Of a stretch of 64,000 nt of DNA, positions 22,919 through 34,111 are shown one piece after another. Made by a program: the position numbers and the translations under genes. Positions within the stretch are counted from its first letter, which is position 1; each line of letters opens with the position of its first letter. This stretch comes from Acidobacteriota bacterium (GTDB lineage Bacteria; Acidobacteriota; UBA6911; RPQK01; JAJDTT01). A model generated the notes under the pieces. The model saw nothing but the letters and a program-made list of their open reading frames with translations. It was not told the DNA's origin and made no database searches. The stretch covers positions 576,001 to 640,000 of the forward strand of contig CBDCJH010000002.1 in NCBI GenBank assembly GCA_965217775.1. Direction: 5' to 3'.

Positions 22919-23488
22919 TTGAAAGTGGTGTGGAAGGAGCGGATCCGGCGCCGGCTGTTGCGGATTCCGCCACGACGGAATCCGGCCGCATCCAACGCTC
23001 GGGCAGCCGTCCTCATGGGCCTTCTGGATTGCGAGAGCGAGCCCTCTTTCCTGCTGACCAAGCGAACCCGGGAAGTCGCGACCCACAAGGGGCAGATCTG
23101 CTTTCCGGGAGGCGTGGAGGAGGCTGGCGATCGCTCCCTCTGGCAGACTGCCCTGAGGGAAACCGGGGAGGAAGTCGGGATCGAGCCGGAGTACGTGGAG
23201 CTACTGGGCCGATTTCACGATTACCAGGCCGTGACCGACACCGACGTCGCCTGCTACGTGGGCTACCTGAAGCCGGGATTCTCCTTGATTCCCAGTCCCG
23301 CGGAAGTGGAACGAGTCCTGCAAGTGCCCTACGCCTTCTTTCGCGACACCCGTCCCCGGGTGGAGACCCGGCATCGCGGAGGCCGTCCGATTCCGGTCTA
23401 TTTTTTCGACTACCAAGGCGACTCGGTCTGGGGATTGACCGCGCGCATGATCAAGGATCTGCTGGACGCGCTGGGAGACTGGCGGTAG
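22919..23488 (+). CDS. Nudix hydrolase, CoA pyrophosphatase (NudL-like)
   Basis: LLTKR...HKGQICFPGG, TALRETGEEVG Nudix box, VWGLTA. Confidence 0.9.
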   Translation: MKVVWKERIRRRLLRIPPRRNPAASNARAAVLMGLLDCESEPSFLLTKRTREVATHKGQICFPGGVEEAGDRSLWQTALRETGEEVGIEPEYVELLGRFHDYQAVTDTDVACYVGYLKPGFSLIPSPAEVERVLQVPYAFFRDTRPRVETRHRGGRPIPVYFFDYQGDSVWGLTARMIKDLLDALGDWR

Positions 23489-23510
23489 GGGCAACCCTTG
23501 TGGTTGCCTC
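23485..23510 (+). repeat. GTAG-type REP palindrome
   Basis: GTAGGGGCAACCCTTGTGGTTGCCTC: GTAG followed by a GGCAACC/GGTTGCC stem; a related copy is at 34112. Confidence 0.65.
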
Positions 23511-23572
23511 GTAACGGTCTCCCCAGCGGACGGTGCAGTCGGAATCCACCGTAGATTCCGGCCACGCGCTGG

Positions 23573-24853
23573 TCAAGCAACCGGCATTGGGCGATGCGCG
23601 GCTTTGAGCCGGCTCGCCAGGTGGTCGATGATGAGCCTCGCCTGGGTGACGCCCTGTCGGATCAGAAACGTGGAATTGGTCCCGTAGCTCTTGTTGCCCA
23701 CGATGAAGAAGTCGGGTTCGGGATTCCTCAGGAGGTCGAGGTCCGGGCCGGCCTGATCGCCGCAATCGCCCGATCCACCCAGCAGGCTGGCCGCCAGCTT
23801 GATGGGACCGGAGGTGGCGTAACATTCGTGGACTTGAAGCTGCCGGTAGATGGAGTTGTCGGGCTCGAATCCCACGTGGGAGACGATCTCGTCCACCTCG
23901 ATCTCCCGCCGCTTCCGGGCTCCGTTCCGAGTTCCGTCGACCACCACACGGAAGGGACCCCGCGGGGACCACGACAGAATCTCGTCCACCATGGAGCTTC
24001 CCAGATACGACAGCCAGGAGGGTGGACGTTGGGCCAGTGAATTGGCCAACGCGGCGATCCGGTCCCGGTAGGGAAAGGGATCATCCCGGTACCGCTCGTA
24101 AGGGACGGTCTCGGGCGAGGAATTGACCCAGAAAACCCGGGTGCGGGGCGCCGTCTCCGCCAGCTTTTGGAGGGCCTCGAGGGTCGTTGCCGCCGAGTAG
24201 CCGCCGCCCACCAGCAGCACGCGGCGACCGGCGAACCGGGAACGTTGGTTCCCACTCACGTCCACCAGGTGCCGGTGAAAATGATCCGGAGCGGCCTGTT
24301 GCGCCTCGCACTCTCCGGGGGCGGCGATGTTGCCGTTGCCCATGTACTGGGGACAGGAATAGACCCCCGAGGCGTCGACCACGGATCGGGATCTGTGGAT
24401 GCAGCGCCGTCCTTCTCGCTCAACCAGCAATCTGAAGGGGTGAAGAGAGCGCTCCGGTTTGCCCAGGAGATCCTTTTTGCCCAAGCCCTCCCTTCCCACC
24501 GACCGGACTGTGATCCCCGCCAAAATACGGCCCGAGAGTTGAGGAGTCCGGGCCAGCGGCTTCAGGTAGGTCTCGACCATTTCGGCACCGGTCGGGTAGC
24601 TGTCCGGTGGCGGAAGGGAGAGCTTCGGAAAGGCCGCCTTGATCAGCTCCAAGCCCCATTGAGAGTGGTTCGATCGAAAGGGACTGAACAGTCGAACGTG
24701 ACCCCACTGGGAGAGGTGGTGTCCCACCGCCTCTTTCTCGAGGACGACGACGTTCAGACCGGCCAGAGCGGCTCGACTGGCCGCTTCCATGCCGATGGGA
24801 CCGGCGCCGATGATGGCAAGATCGCTCGTGGCGGGAAGGGAGTTTCTCCTCAA
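23573..24853 (-). CDS. FAD-dependent oxidoreductase / flavoprotein monooxygenase-like
   Basis: IIGAGPIG, WGHVRLFSPF, DASG, VGGGYSA, QLQVHECYA, IVGNKSYG. Confidence 0.82.
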   Translation of the reverse strand: MRRNSLPATSDLAIIGAGPIGMEAASRAALAGLNVVVLEKEAVGHHLSQWGHVRLFSPFRSNHSQWGLELIKAAFPKLSLPPPDSYPTGAEMVETYLKPLARTPQLSGRILAGITVRSVGREGLGKKDLLGKPERSLHPFRLLVEREGRRCIHRSRSVVDASGVYSCPQYMGNGNIAAPGECEAQQAAPDHFHRHLVDVSGNQRSRFAGRRVLLVGGGYSAATTLEALQKLAETAPRTRVFWVNSSPETVPYERYRDDPFPYRDRIAALANSLAQRPPSWLSYLGSSMVDEILSWSPRGPFRVVVDGTRNGARKRREIEVDEIVSHVGFEPDNSIYRQLQVHECYATSGPIKLAASLLGGSGDCGDQAGPDLDLLRNPEPDFFIVGNKSYGTNSTFLIRQGVTQARLIIDHLASRLKAAHRPMPVA

Positions 24854-24913
24854 TTCTTGCCTTTGCGTGTCAGCGGCGGCTCTCCGGCCGCGGTTCCGGG
24901 TCGGCGATGAAGA

Positions 24914-24951
24914 GGGGGACAGGAATGTCCCCCCTCCCAGGGCGCCCCTAC
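24914..24951. repeat. GC-rich hairpin plus a partial GTAG REP on the minus strand
   Basis: GGGGGACA-GGAA-TGTCCCCC stem-loop at 24914-24933; minus strand reads GTAGGGGCGCCC at 24951-24940. Confidence 0.5.
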
Positions 24952-24958
24952 GGTTTTC

Positions 24959-26302
24959 CTAGAAGCCGTAGGCACCGAACAGCTCGTAGCTCTTGGGAAC
25001 CCGCCCCAGAAAGAAGGCCGTGGCGACAAGAAACCGGCTCCTGTCGGCGGCTGAAGAGGCCTGATGGCAGTCCGCCGCCACCTTGACCAGAAGGATGTCG
25101 TCTCCACCGCACACGTGCCCGTCGTTCTTGACGGCCAAATCCATCAGAGTCGTCGCCAATCCGGCGCCGTCCTCGGAATTCCGGTCCAGAATGACTTTGG
25201 CCGCTGTAGCGGACGCGTATGGATCCGAATGGCTGACGACACTTCGAAGGACCTTGGTGGCATCTGTGGGAAGCAAATGGCCGGGGAGCTGGTCCAGAAC
25301 CCGGTTCTGACCGCCTTCGGAACTCTTCGTCGAGGCCCGGTGGATCAGGGCGGCTCCCAGGAGCAGCGCCAAGGTCCGGCGGTGAGGCTCCACCAGATTC
25401 GCCCAGTCTCCCAAGAGGTAAACGAAGTTCAAGGCACGGGCCGGACCCGGCCAATGACCGGTCCGGGAGTTGCCCACGGCCTGAGCCGCCGTCAGGAGCA
25501 GCACGTCCCGAATGGCTTCCACACCGGCGCCGGATTGACTCAAAAGCGTCACGGCGTCGAGCGCTTCTTCGGTCGATTCTCCGAAGAGACAGCTTTGTTC
25601 GAAACGGGAGCGAAGTTCCTCGGAAACGGTCCCGCTGTTCTTCAGGGCCGCGGTCAGGGGATTGGCCTGCCAGTATTCCCGGACCCGGGCCGAAAGCTGC
25701 TTCTCCCGGGGGCCGGCCACCAGGTAATGGAGGGCAGGGAAGAGGATCGCTTCCAGGTTCTTCCACTGGAGCGACTGAGCCAGTTTCCAGGCCTGGAGCA
25801 GATAGAGAAATTTGAATCCTCCATGAGCCGTATCGGCCAGGGCGTAAGATAGTCCCTGCGACCGGAAAAAGTCCCGGTCCGAGGGGCTGGCGAGAAATCC
25901 CTTGGCCCATGCGAGCGAAGCGGGAACGTCGGCCGACGCGGCCGCCTGGGTGAAGTGGTGCCAGCGCTTCTCCAGGCTCTCCTGGTTGCGGGCATCGATC
26001 TTGTCCAGGTTCCATGGAGTCCGCTTCCGCTCCCTGGCGGCGCTCCAGGTCTGCTGTATGTAGGGGCGCCATCCGGTTTCCGCAGGGAGAATGGTCTGGG
26101 CCTCGGTGGCCGCCATGATGCCGAAGAAGCCGCGGGGAACCGAATCGCCGTAGTAGTTCTCATACAAGCGGGTGGGAAGGTAGCCCGCCACCGCCTCCAC
26201 GAAATCGGCGGGAGCCGAGAAATGGCTCTGAGCCTCCTTCATGCGGCCCGAAAACTCCTTTGGGCTCGACGCTTCCAGGAGGCGTTCCATGATTTCGGTC
26301 AT
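24959..26302 (-). CDS. Hypothetical, probably helical protein
   Basis: 447-aa ORF with AAGGAG SD and protein-like composition; no family recognised. Confidence 0.75.
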   Translation of the reverse strand: MTEIMERLLEASSPKEFSGRMKEAQSHFSAPADFVEAVAGYLPTRLYENYYGDSVPRGFFGIMAATEAQTILPAETGWRPYIQQTWSAARERKRTPWNLDKIDARNQESLEKRWHHFTQAAASADVPASLAWAKGFLASPSDRDFFRSQGLSYALADTAHGGFKFLYLLQAWKLAQSLQWKNLEAILFPALHYLVAGPREKQLSARVREYWQANPLTAALKNSGTVSEELRSRFEQSCLFGESTEEALDAVTLLSQSGAGVEAIRDVLLLTAAQAVGNSRTGHWPGPARALNFVYLLGDWANLVEPHRRTLALLLGAALIHRASTKSSEGGQNRVLDQLPGHLLPTDATKVLRSVVSHSDPYASATAAKVILDRNSEDGAGLATTLMDLAVKNDGHVCGGDDILLVKVAADCHQASSAADRSRFLVATAFFLGRVPKSYELFGAYGF

Positions 26303-26527
26303 CTTCGAATAACTCCTTCGAGGGAAAAATGGACGAGTCGGGAACCCGCTCCCGGCACCTCCATGGCCGCTTCAGAGCCCAAATCCGCGCCTCGAAGTGG
26401 GCGGCTTCATGATACGAAATCGGCCTGTCGATCACAACTTTTCCGGCCCTCCGGAGGGTGGAGGCCGGGCTGTTCCGAGGGCCTTCCGGGTTGTTGGGGA
26501 AGAGGGCCGTATTGTAGAATTTCGACC

Positions 26528-27778
26528 ATGTCCCAGGTCAGGAAAACGGTTGCGGTCAAGGTGGGAGACGTCACGGTCGGTGGCGATGCGCCCATCGTGG
26601 TCCAGTCCATGACCAATACGGATACCGCAGACGTGGGGGCCACGGTCCGTCAAGTGCGGCAGCTTGCAGCGGCCGGATCCGAGATTGTGCGGATCACCGT
26701 CAACAGCAACGCCGCGGCCCGGTCCGTCGGCGAAATCGTGCGCCGGCTGAGAGGGGAAGGGAACGACGTACCCATAGTGGGGGATTTCCACTACAACGGC
26801 CACCTGCTCCTCAGCCATCATCCCGCCTGCGCCCGTTCCCTGAGCAAGTTCCGGATCAATCCGGGCAACGTGGGAAGGGGCCGCTATCGCGACCGGAACT
26901 TCCGGCGGCTGATTCAATTGGCGCTGGAATATGACAAGCCGGTTCGTATCGGAGTCAACTGGGGCTCGTTGGACCAGGATCTGCTGTCACGGCTGATGGA
27001 GGTCAACGCAGCCCGGGCCGAGCCCAAGAGCGCCGAGGAGGTGCTCGAGGAGGCCATCGTGGCCAGTGCCCTGGAGTCCGCGGAGCTGGCCCGGGAGTAT
27101 GGCCTCCCCAAGAATCGCATCATTCTGAGCGCCAAGGTGTCCTCGGCGCCCGAGTTGATCCGGATCTATCGAGTTCTGGGACGGTCCTCTGATTACCCTC
27201 TGCATCTGGGGCTGACGGAAGCGGGGATGGGAAGCCGCGGGATCGTGGCCAGTTCGGCTGCCTTGGGCGTTCTGCTGCACGACGGAATCGGAGAGACCAT
27301 CCGGGTGAGCCTGACTCCGCTGCCCGGAGCCAGCAGAAGCGAGGAAGTTCGTGTGGCCCAGCAGATTCTCCAATCCATGGGCCTTCGCAGCTTCGCCCCC
27401 CAGGTCAGTGCCTGTCCCGGCTGCGGCCGGACCACCAGCAGCTTCTTCCAGGAATTGGCGGAACGAATCGAACATCACCTGCGTCTTAGGATGGTGGACT
27501 GGCAGCAACTCTATCCGGGCGTCGAGGACCTCAAGGTGGCGGTCATGGGTTGCATCGTCAACGGCCCCGGGGAATCCAAGCATGCCGATATCGGTATTTC
27601 GCTGCCGGGGAGCGGCGAAGAGCCGAAGGCGCCCGTCTACGTGGACGGAAGGCAATTCACGACGCTGCGGGGAGATGGGATCTCCGACCGGTTCATTCGG
27701 ATTCTGGAAGATTATGTAACGGATCGGTACGGTGCCTCTCGAGAAGTTTCGAGGAGCGCCAGCCTCGGTCCGACCTAG
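26528..27778 (+). CDS. ispG: (E)-4-hydroxy-3-methylbut-2-enyl-diphosphate synthase
   Basis: [58 protein letters not shown]. Confidence 0.96.
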   Translation: MSQVRKTVAVKVGDVTVGGDAPIVVQSMTNTDTADVGATVRQVRQLAAAGSEIVRITVNSNAAARSVGEIVRRLRGEGNDVPIVGDFHYNGHLLLSHHPACARSLSKFRINPGNVGRGRYRDRNFRRLIQLALEYDKPVRIGVNWGSLDQDLLSRLMEVNAARAEPKSAEEVLEEAIVASALESAELAREYGLPKNRIILSAKVSSAPELIRIYRVLGRSSDYPLHLGLTEAGMGSRGIVASSAALGVLLHDGIGETIRVSLTPLPGASRSEEVRVAQQILQSMGLRSFAPQVSACPGCGRTTSSFFQELAERIEHHLRLRMVDWQQLYPGVEDLKVAVMGCIVNGPGESKHADIGISLPGSGEEPKAPVYVDGRQFTTLRGDGISDRFIRILEDYVTDRYGASREVSRSASLGPT

Positions 27779-27858
27779 CGTATCGTGTCAGGAGCGGCCA
27801 CCGGCGGTTCCTGAAGATTCTTCATTCCCAGAGAAATTTCCCAGGAGATTGGACACAG

Positions 27859-28854
27859 ATGATCGAGGCGGAACATCTGACCAAACGATATGGCCTGCTG
27901 GCGGCCATCGAGGACGTGAGCTTCCAGGTTCGACAGGGAGAGATCCTTGGATTTCTGGGTCCCAACGGAGCCGGGAAGACCACCACCATGCGGATTCTGG
28001 CCGGCTTCTTCCCGGCGACAGAGGGACGGGCAGTGGTGGCCGGCTACGATGTCTTCGAGCACCCGCTGGAGGCCAAGAGCCGGGTGGGATACCTGCCGGA
28101 GAGTCCACCTCTGTACACCGAAATGACGGTGGACAGCTACCTTCGATTCGTGGCCACCATCAAGGGACTGGCCAGCTCCGACACGCCGGGCCGAATGGAG
28201 ATCGTCAAGGAACGGTGCGGACTGTCGGGTCAGGGCGAACGCTTGATCAGGCACCTGTCCAAAGGTTACCGGCAACGGGTCGGATTGGCTCAGGCTCTGA
28301 TCCACGACCCGGACGTTCTGATTCTGGACGAACCGACCATCGGCCTGGACCCCAAACAGATCATCGAGTTCCGGGAGCTCATCGGCAGTCTCCGGGGTGA
28401 GCACACCATCATCCTCTCCACTCACATATTGCCCGAAGTGAGCATGACCTGCGACCGGGTCATCATCATCAGCCGCGGACGCATCGTGGCCGTCGATACT
28501 CCCCAGAACCTGACCAGCCGGATCCAGGGCGGGGAGCAGATCGACCTCACGGTGGGCGGCGACAGCGGCCGGGTGACGGAGCTGCTGAACGCCCTCCCCC
28601 AGGTGAGGCGAGTGGCGGTCGAAGAGCCGGAGAACGGCCTCTCCTCCGTGCTGGTGGAGGCGGACGGTCAAGCCGAGATCCGCCATGCGGTGGCCCGGCA
28701 GGTGATCCAGGGGGGACTCGATCTCTATGAGTTGAAGGTCCGGTCCGTCAGTCTGGAGGACGTCTTCGTGGAGTTGACCACCGAGGAAGAAACGGCGGAG
28801 GGAACCATCCGGGAAGGGGACGAGCCGGATCGGGAGGGGGAGGCGGCATCGTGA
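27859..28854 (+). CDS. ABC-2 transporter ATP-binding protein (GldA-like)
   Basis: GPNGAGKTT, LSKGYRQR, ILDEPT, STHIL; AGGAG SD. Confidence 0.93.
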   Translation: MIEAEHLTKRYGLLAAIEDVSFQVRQGEILGFLGPNGAGKTTTMRILAGFFPATEGRAVVAGYDVFEHPLEAKSRVGYLPESPPLYTEMTVDSYLRFVATIKGLASSDTPGRMEIVKERCGLSGQGERLIRHLSKGYRQRVGLAQALIHDPDVLILDEPTIGLDPKQIIEFRELIGSLRGEHTIILSTHILPEVSMTCDRVIIISRGRIVAVDTPQNLTSRIQGGEQIDLTVGGDSGRVTELLNALPQVRRVAVEEPENGLSSVLVEADGQAEIRHAVARQVIQGGLDLYELKVRSVSLEDVFVELTTEEETAEGTIREGDEPDREGEAAS

Positions 28855-29639
28855 GGAACTACTTCGCCATCGTCGGCAAGGAACTGTACGCTTTCTTCGT
28901 CAGCCCCATCGCCTATGTGGTGCTGGGTGTCTTCTTCGCGGTTTCGGGCTGGTTTTTCTTCGGGATCACCACCTCCGTGATCGAGAGTATTCAGCAAATG
29001 GGATTCCAGTCCCAGCAGTTCGGGTCCGCGCCGCCCCCGATGGACGCGTTCTCCACGATCATGACCCACTTCTTCAGCATCATCAGCACCATTTTTCTGT
29101 TTCTCATTCCCCTGATTACCATGGGCGTCTTCGCGGAAGAGAAGAAGCGCGGCACCGTCGAGCTCCTCTTCACGTCGCCCCTGACCCACGCGCAGCTGAT
29201 TCTGGGCAAGTTCACGGCGGTCATGGTCTTCTTCCTGGCGATGCTGGTTCCCACCATTCTCAACTTGTGCCTCCTCTACTTCTACAGCGATCCGCTGCCT
29301 CCATTGAGCCCGGTTCTCAACGGATTCCTGGGAGCCCTTCTCCTAGGAGGATCGCTCATGAGCCTGGGGATCTTCGCGTCCTCGCTGACCGAGAGCCAAA
29401 TCGTCGCCGGGATTCTTTCCTTCGGCTTCTTCATCATCCTGTGGGTCGTGGATTGGATGGCCGGAGCCGGATCGGCGCTCGGCAACGAGGTCCTGCGCTA
29501 CCTCTCCATCATGAACCACTACGAAGACTTCACCAAGGGAGTCCTGGACACCAGCCACGTATTCTTCTACCTGTCGCTGATCTTCATGGGGCTCTTCCTG
29601 ACTTCGGTTTCCCTGAACTCCCCGAAATGGAGGTCCTGA
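28851..29639 (+). CDS. ABC-2 transporter permease (GldF-like)
   Basis: KELYAFFVSPIAY, AEEKKRGTVELLFTSP, ILGKF; multiple TM segments. Confidence 0.9.
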   Translation: MRNYFAIVGKELYAFFVSPIAYVVLGVFFAVSGWFFFGITTSVIESIQQMGFQSQQFGSAPPPMDAFSTIMTHFFSIISTIFLFLIPLITMGVFAEEKKRGTVELLFTSPLTHAQLILGKFTAVMVFFLAMLVPTILNLCLLYFYSDPLPPLSPVLNGFLGALLLGGSLMSLGIFASSLTESQIVAGILSFGFFIILWVVDWMAGAGSALGNEVLRYLSIMNHYEDFTKGVLDTSHVFFYLSLIFMGLFLTSVSLNSPKWRS

Positions 29640-29640
29640 A

Positions 29641-31314
29641 GTGTTCAAGAAACTGATTCAGCCTCTGGTCTCGGTATTCGGTACCTCCGAGACTCTGATC
29701 TACGCCGGCGCGGGAGGTCTGATCGGCGGCTACTTCTACTATTCGGTCAACAATCTCTGGGACTGGAAGGCCCAGACGGCCGTTTACGGCGGCGCCGGCC
29801 TGCTGATTCTCTGGGTCGTCCTGAACCTGGGGCAGTTGCGGTCAGGCTTGACCTCGCGCCGTGGGCGCCATGGCGCCGCCGCGGGCGCCTCCACGGTGCT
29901 GGTGGTCGCCATCGTTTGTCTGTTGAGCTTCCTCAACCTTCGCCACAACCGGCGAATCGACTTGACGGAGAATCAGCTCTTCTCCCTTTCCAGCCAGAGC
30001 CGGAAGGTGGTCGAGGCCCTGGAAGGGGAGATTCACGTCGTGGGTTTCTTCCAGCAAGAGGGTCAAGCCAGAGCCTTTGAGGAGTTGATGCAGCAGTACC
30101 GATACGTCTCCGCCCGGGTCGACTATGAGGTGGTGGATCCGCAGAAGGAACCGAGCCAGGTGGCCCGTTTCGACGTGGAACGCTTTGGCCAGGTCGCCGT
30201 GGCCGGTGGAGGCAAGACCGAGATCGTGGATGATTTTGACGAGGCCAGGATCACCAACGCCATCATCAAGGTGACACGCGAAGGACAGAAGATCGTCTAC
30301 TTCATGACGGGTCACGGAGAGCGAAGTTCGGAGGAGGCCGGTCCTGAGGGGTTGTCCCAGGTCAAGGAGGCCATCGAGAGACAAAACTACGTGGTCCGGA
30401 GCTACAACCTGGCGCAGGAGAATGCCCTGCCCGAGAATCCCGCGGTCCTGATCTCGGCCGGTCCCACGGTGAGTTTTCTCCCCAATGAAGTCAGACTCCT
30501 GAAGGAATACCTGGAGGGCGGAGGGAAGCTGCTGCTGCTGCTGGACCCCCGGACCAGATTTTCCATGGATGATCTTCTGGCTGAGTACGGATTGGGTGTG
30601 GACGGGAACGTGGTGATCGACGCCAGCGGAGTGGGGCAGCTCTTCGGCCTGGGAGTGGCCGCGCCCATCGTCTCCAGTTACGAGACCCACCCGATTACGG
30701 ATGAACTGCGTGGAGTCATGACCTTTTTCCCCATGGCTCAGAGCGTGCAGGTGACCGACAGCTCGCTCGGGTACAACTCGTCCAAGCTCTTCTCCACGTC
30801 TGCACGAAGTTGGGGAGAAACGAACCTGGAGGGCGACCAGGCGGCGTTCGACGAGGACCAGGACGTCCAGGGCCCCTTGGCTTTGGCTGCCGTGGCCGCA
30901 AAGACGGTTGAGACCGGCGGTGAACCGGGAGAAGAGGAGTCGTCCCACCACGGAGAGGCCGGGGATGAGGACAGCGCCGGGGAGACGCCTCATGAACCGG
31001 ACCCTCAGGCCGGCGCCGAGGATGGTGTAGAGAGTGATACCGAATCCCGCGAGTCGCGCATCGTCCTCGTGGGCGATTCCGATTTCGCCACCAATGCCTA
31101 CTCCACCACGTCCGCCAACGGGGACTTCCTTCGGATGACCGTCAGTTGGCTGGCGGAAGATACGGATCTGGTGGCGATCCAGTCCAGAGATCCGGAGAAC
31201 CGCAGAGTCAATCTGACCCGGAGAGAATCGACCCTGATGTTCTGGGCCACCGTCATCCTCATGCCTCTGGTGACCCTGGTCTTCGGCATGGCGGTGTGGA
31301 TCAGGCGGAAATGA
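29641..31314 (+). CDS. GldG-family ABC auxiliary protein
   Basis: RIDLTENQLFSLS, VYFMTGHGE, LEGGGKLLLLLDP, VLVGDSDF, C-terminal TM segment. Confidence 0.85.
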   Translation: MFKKLIQPLVSVFGTSETLIYAGAGGLIGGYFYYSVNNLWDWKAQTAVYGGAGLLILWVVLNLGQLRSGLTSRRGRHGAAAGASTVLVVAIVCLLSFLNLRHNRRIDLTENQLFSLSSQSRKVVEALEGEIHVVGFFQQEGQARAFEELMQQYRYVSARVDYEVVDPQKEPSQVARFDVERFGQVAVAGGGKTEIVDDFDEARITNAIIKVTREGQKIVYFMTGHGERSSEEAGPEGLSQVKEAIERQNYVVRSYNLAQENALPENPAVLISAGPTVSFLPNEVRLLKEYLEGGGKLLLLLDPRTRFSMDDLLAEYGLGVDGNVVIDASGVGQLFGLGVAAPIVSSYETHPITDELRGVMTFFPMAQSVQVTDSSLGYNSSKLFSTSARSWGETNLEGDQAAFDEDQDVQGPLALAAVAAKTVETGGEPGEEESSHHGEAGDEDSAGETPHEPDPQAGAEDGVESDTESRESRIVLVGDSDFATNAYSTTSANGDFLRMTVSWLAEDTDLVAIQSRDPENRRVNLTRRESTLMFWATVILMPLVTLVFGMAVWIRRK

Positions 31315-31396
31315 AGCTCGACGGCCCCTGAGCCGTGCCCCGGTGTCCTCCCGGGGGTGGTTCCGGGTACGGGAACGGCTCCGGCGCAGTTTCCGG

Positions 31397-32728
31397 ATGA
31401 TGACCATGAAAAAGATCGGCATCCTCTTTGCTGCATTCCTGGCCTTGGTCCTCTGGGTCTACTTCTACGAGATCGAAGGCGAGAAGACACGCCAAGCGGC
31501 CAAGGAGCGGGAGGAGAGTCTTCTGCGCCTGGAACAGGACCAGATCAGTTCGGTCAGGATGGACCGGCCCGGTCAAGACCCGATTCTCCTGGAGAAGATC
31601 GGCGAGGGCTGGGCCCTCAAGGCGCCGCTGGAGGCGCCCGCCGACAAGACCAGCGTCGACTCTCTGGTTCGCGACCTGGGAACGGCACGCATCGACCGGA
31701 CGTTCGAGGAAGTGGGCGCGGGACCCGAAGAGTATGGACTCGCCGAGCCCCGTCTCAAGCTGACGGTCGAGGCGGGTGACGAGAGCAAGGTCCTGAGCGT
31801 GGGCAGCGACGACTTCACGGGAGGCAAGGTCTACGTCCAGGTCAAAGGCGAGTCGCAGGTTCACCTGGTCTCGGACCGGCTCTTTACCACCACCGACAAG
31901 AAGTTGATGGATTGGCGGGACAAGAAAGTGGTCTCCATGGAGCGGGACAAGATCGCGGCCATCGAGATCTTTCGCGCTGCGGAGAAACTCCGGCTCAAGC
32001 AGGAAGACGGCAAATGGATGTTGGAATCGCCTCTGCAGGAGGCGGCCGACCAGAGCGCCGTAACCGGTCTCCTGTCTTCGCTGGAGTTCGCCGAGGCCAA
32101 GCGGTACGTCTCCGAGGAGAGCGACGATCTGGGCCGTTTCGGTTTGGACAAACCGCAGCTGTCGATCCGCTTCCAGCAGGAGGGTCAGGAAGATTGGGAA
32201 ACCCTCGAACTGGGCACCGAATTCGAGGCAGCCGAGGACCAGTACCTGGCGCGCAATCCCGCCCGTTCTCCCGTCTTCAGCATCGGCAAGGAGGTCCGGG
32301 ACAAGCTGGTCCAGGAGTTGTGGGAATTTCGTGACAAGGACGTCATCGACGTCGACCAGGATGATATCGCGGCAGTCGTCGTGAAGATCGGGGACCAGGA
32401 GATCCATGCTCGCCGGGAGGATTACAAGTGGATCCTGGAAAAGCCGGAGGAGCGAAAAGGTAAAGAGGCTCTGGCCTACAAGTTCTGGTACCCCATGGAC
32501 GACATCAAGTTCGAGTCCATCGACGCCGATTCCGCCAAAGCGGGGACGGATCTTCCTCAACCTCAGGTCCGGGTCCGGATCGAGCTGAAGGACGGGTCGA
32601 TCCGGAACTTCCAGTTTGCCCACGAAGGGAATCGCTACGTGGCCCGAAAGATGGAATCGGGCCGCACCGGCGGCATCTCCAAGGAAGCTTTCGAAAAGAT
32701 CCAGTTCAAGGTGGACGAAATCGTTTGA
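31397..32728 (+). CDS. DUF4340 domain protein (start 31397-31406)
   Basis: N-terminal TM segment, repeated W..P...AD...V..L and (Y/F)GL..P motifs, WRDK/FRDK; usual position after GldG. Confidence 0.78.
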   Translation: MMTMKKIGILFAAFLALVLWVYFYEIEGEKTRQAAKEREESLLRLEQDQISSVRMDRPGQDPILLEKIGEGWALKAPLEAPADKTSVDSLVRDLGTARIDRTFEEVGAGPEEYGLAEPRLKLTVEAGDESKVLSVGSDDFTGGKVYVQVKGESQVHLVSDRLFTTTDKKLMDWRDKKVVSMERDKIAAIEIFRAAEKLRLKQEDGKWMLESPLQEAADQSAVTGLLSSLEFAEAKRYVSEESDDLGRFGLDKPQLSIRFQQEGQEDWETLELGTEFEAAEDQYLARNPARSPVFSIGKEVRDKLVQELWEFRDKDVIDVDQDDIAAVVVKIGDQEIHARREDYKWILEKPEERKGKEALAYKFWYPMDDIKFESIDADSAKAGTDLPQPQVRVRIELKDGSIRNFQFAHEGNRYVARKMESGRTGGISKEAFEKIQFKVDEIV

Positions 32729-32809
32729 TCCCGGGGCGGCCGGGCTCATCCCGGCGCGCTCAACGCCACCATTCGCGGCAGGCCTGACCAAAATGCTGCC
32801 GGAATTGCC

Positions 32810-33952
32810 ATGAACGTCGGCATCACCTGCTACCCGACCTACGGCGGAAGCGGCATCGTGGCGACCGAGTTGTCCCAGTGTCTGGCCCAGAGGGGTCACC
32901 AGGTTCACATCATCAGCTCGTCCATGCCCAGCCGCCTGCTGGAGTTGGGGGAACGCATCTTCTTCCATGAAGTGGAAGCCATGGCCTACCCCCTCTTCGA
33001 ATACGTCCCCTACGACCTGGCTCTGGCCACCAAGATGGTGGAGGTGATCAAGCGGGAGAATCTGGACCTGCTGCACGTCCACTACGCGATTCCGCACGCC
33101 ATCAGCGGCTACCTGGCCCGGGAGATGATTCATCCCCGCTGGGTTCCGGTGATCACGACGCTCCACGGCACCGACATCACGCTCGTGGGCCGGGACCATT
33201 CCTATCTGGCCGTCACCCAGTTCGGACTCCGTAAAAGCGATGGGGTCACTGCAGTGAGCCACTTCCTCAAGGAGGCGACACTCCGGGAATTCTGCAGCGA
33301 GTGCGATATCCGGGTGATTCCCAACTTCGTGGACGTCGACCGCATGCAGCGGCGCTTTTCGCCCGAGATTCATCGCCGGTTTGCCCCCCGCGGCGAGAAG
33401 GTCCTGGTCCACCTGTCCAATTTTCGGCCGGTCAAGCGGGTGGACGACGTCGTCCGCGTCTTTCACCGTGTCCGGCAGCAGATCCCGGCCGTCCTGCTCA
33501 TGATCGGCGACGGCGTCGAGCGATCCAACGCCCAGTACCTGGCCAGCGAGCTGGGCCTCGGCGACTCGGTCTTCTTCGTCGGCATGGTGGACGCCATCGA
33601 GAACTACCTTTCGGTCTGCGACCTGATGCTGCTTCCCAGCGAGACCGAGAGTTTCGGGCTGGCGGCGCTGGAGGCCATGGCCTGCGGGGTTCCGGTGGTG
33701 GCCACGCGCGTGGGTGGGGTCCCGGAGTTGATCCGGGAAGAGGAGACCGGCCTTCTCTACCCGGTGGGTGACGTGGACGCCATGGCCCGGGGGGCCGTGA
33801 GCCTGCTCGAGGAGAATCGGCTTCGGGAGCTCAGGATCCATTGCCGGGAGCGGGCCCAGAACTACTCCGCCCGGCAGGTCGCCCCACTCTATGAAGCCTT
33901 CTACCGGGAAACGATCGAACGTGGGTTCCGGTCTGATCGAGGACGGCGATGA
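32810..33952 (+). CDS. bshA: N-acetyl-alpha-D-glucosaminyl L-malate synthase (GT4)
   Basis: [63 protein letters not shown]. Confidence 0.92.
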   Translation: MNVGITCYPTYGGSGIVATELSQCLAQRGHQVHIISSSMPSRLLELGERIFFHEVEAMAYPLFEYVPYDLALATKMVEVIKRENLDLLHVHYAIPHAISGYLAREMIHPRWVPVITTLHGTDITLVGRDHSYLAVTQFGLRKSDGVTAVSHFLKEATLREFCSECDIRVIPNFVDVDRMQRRFSPEIHRRFAPRGEKVLVHLSNFRPVKRVDDVVRVFHRVRQQIPAVLLMIGDGVERSNAQYLASELGLGDSVFFVGMVDAIENYLSVCDLMLLPSETESFGLAALEAMACGVPVVATRVGGVPELIREEETGLLYPVGDVDAMARGAVSLLEENRLRELRIHCRERAQNYSARQVAPLYEAFYRETIERGFRSDRGRR

Positions 33953-34111
33953 GGCGGGCAATTTGGAGTCACTCTCTGACCGCCTGCAGGGCTTTCAGAG
34001 GATCAAGACGTTCTCGTTCGGCGGGCCCGACCACAGACAGAAAGTGGCATGTCCAGTAGTATTTTAGTTCCTTACTCGCAAAATCTTGTGCAAATGGGCG
34101 AAGAATTTTCC

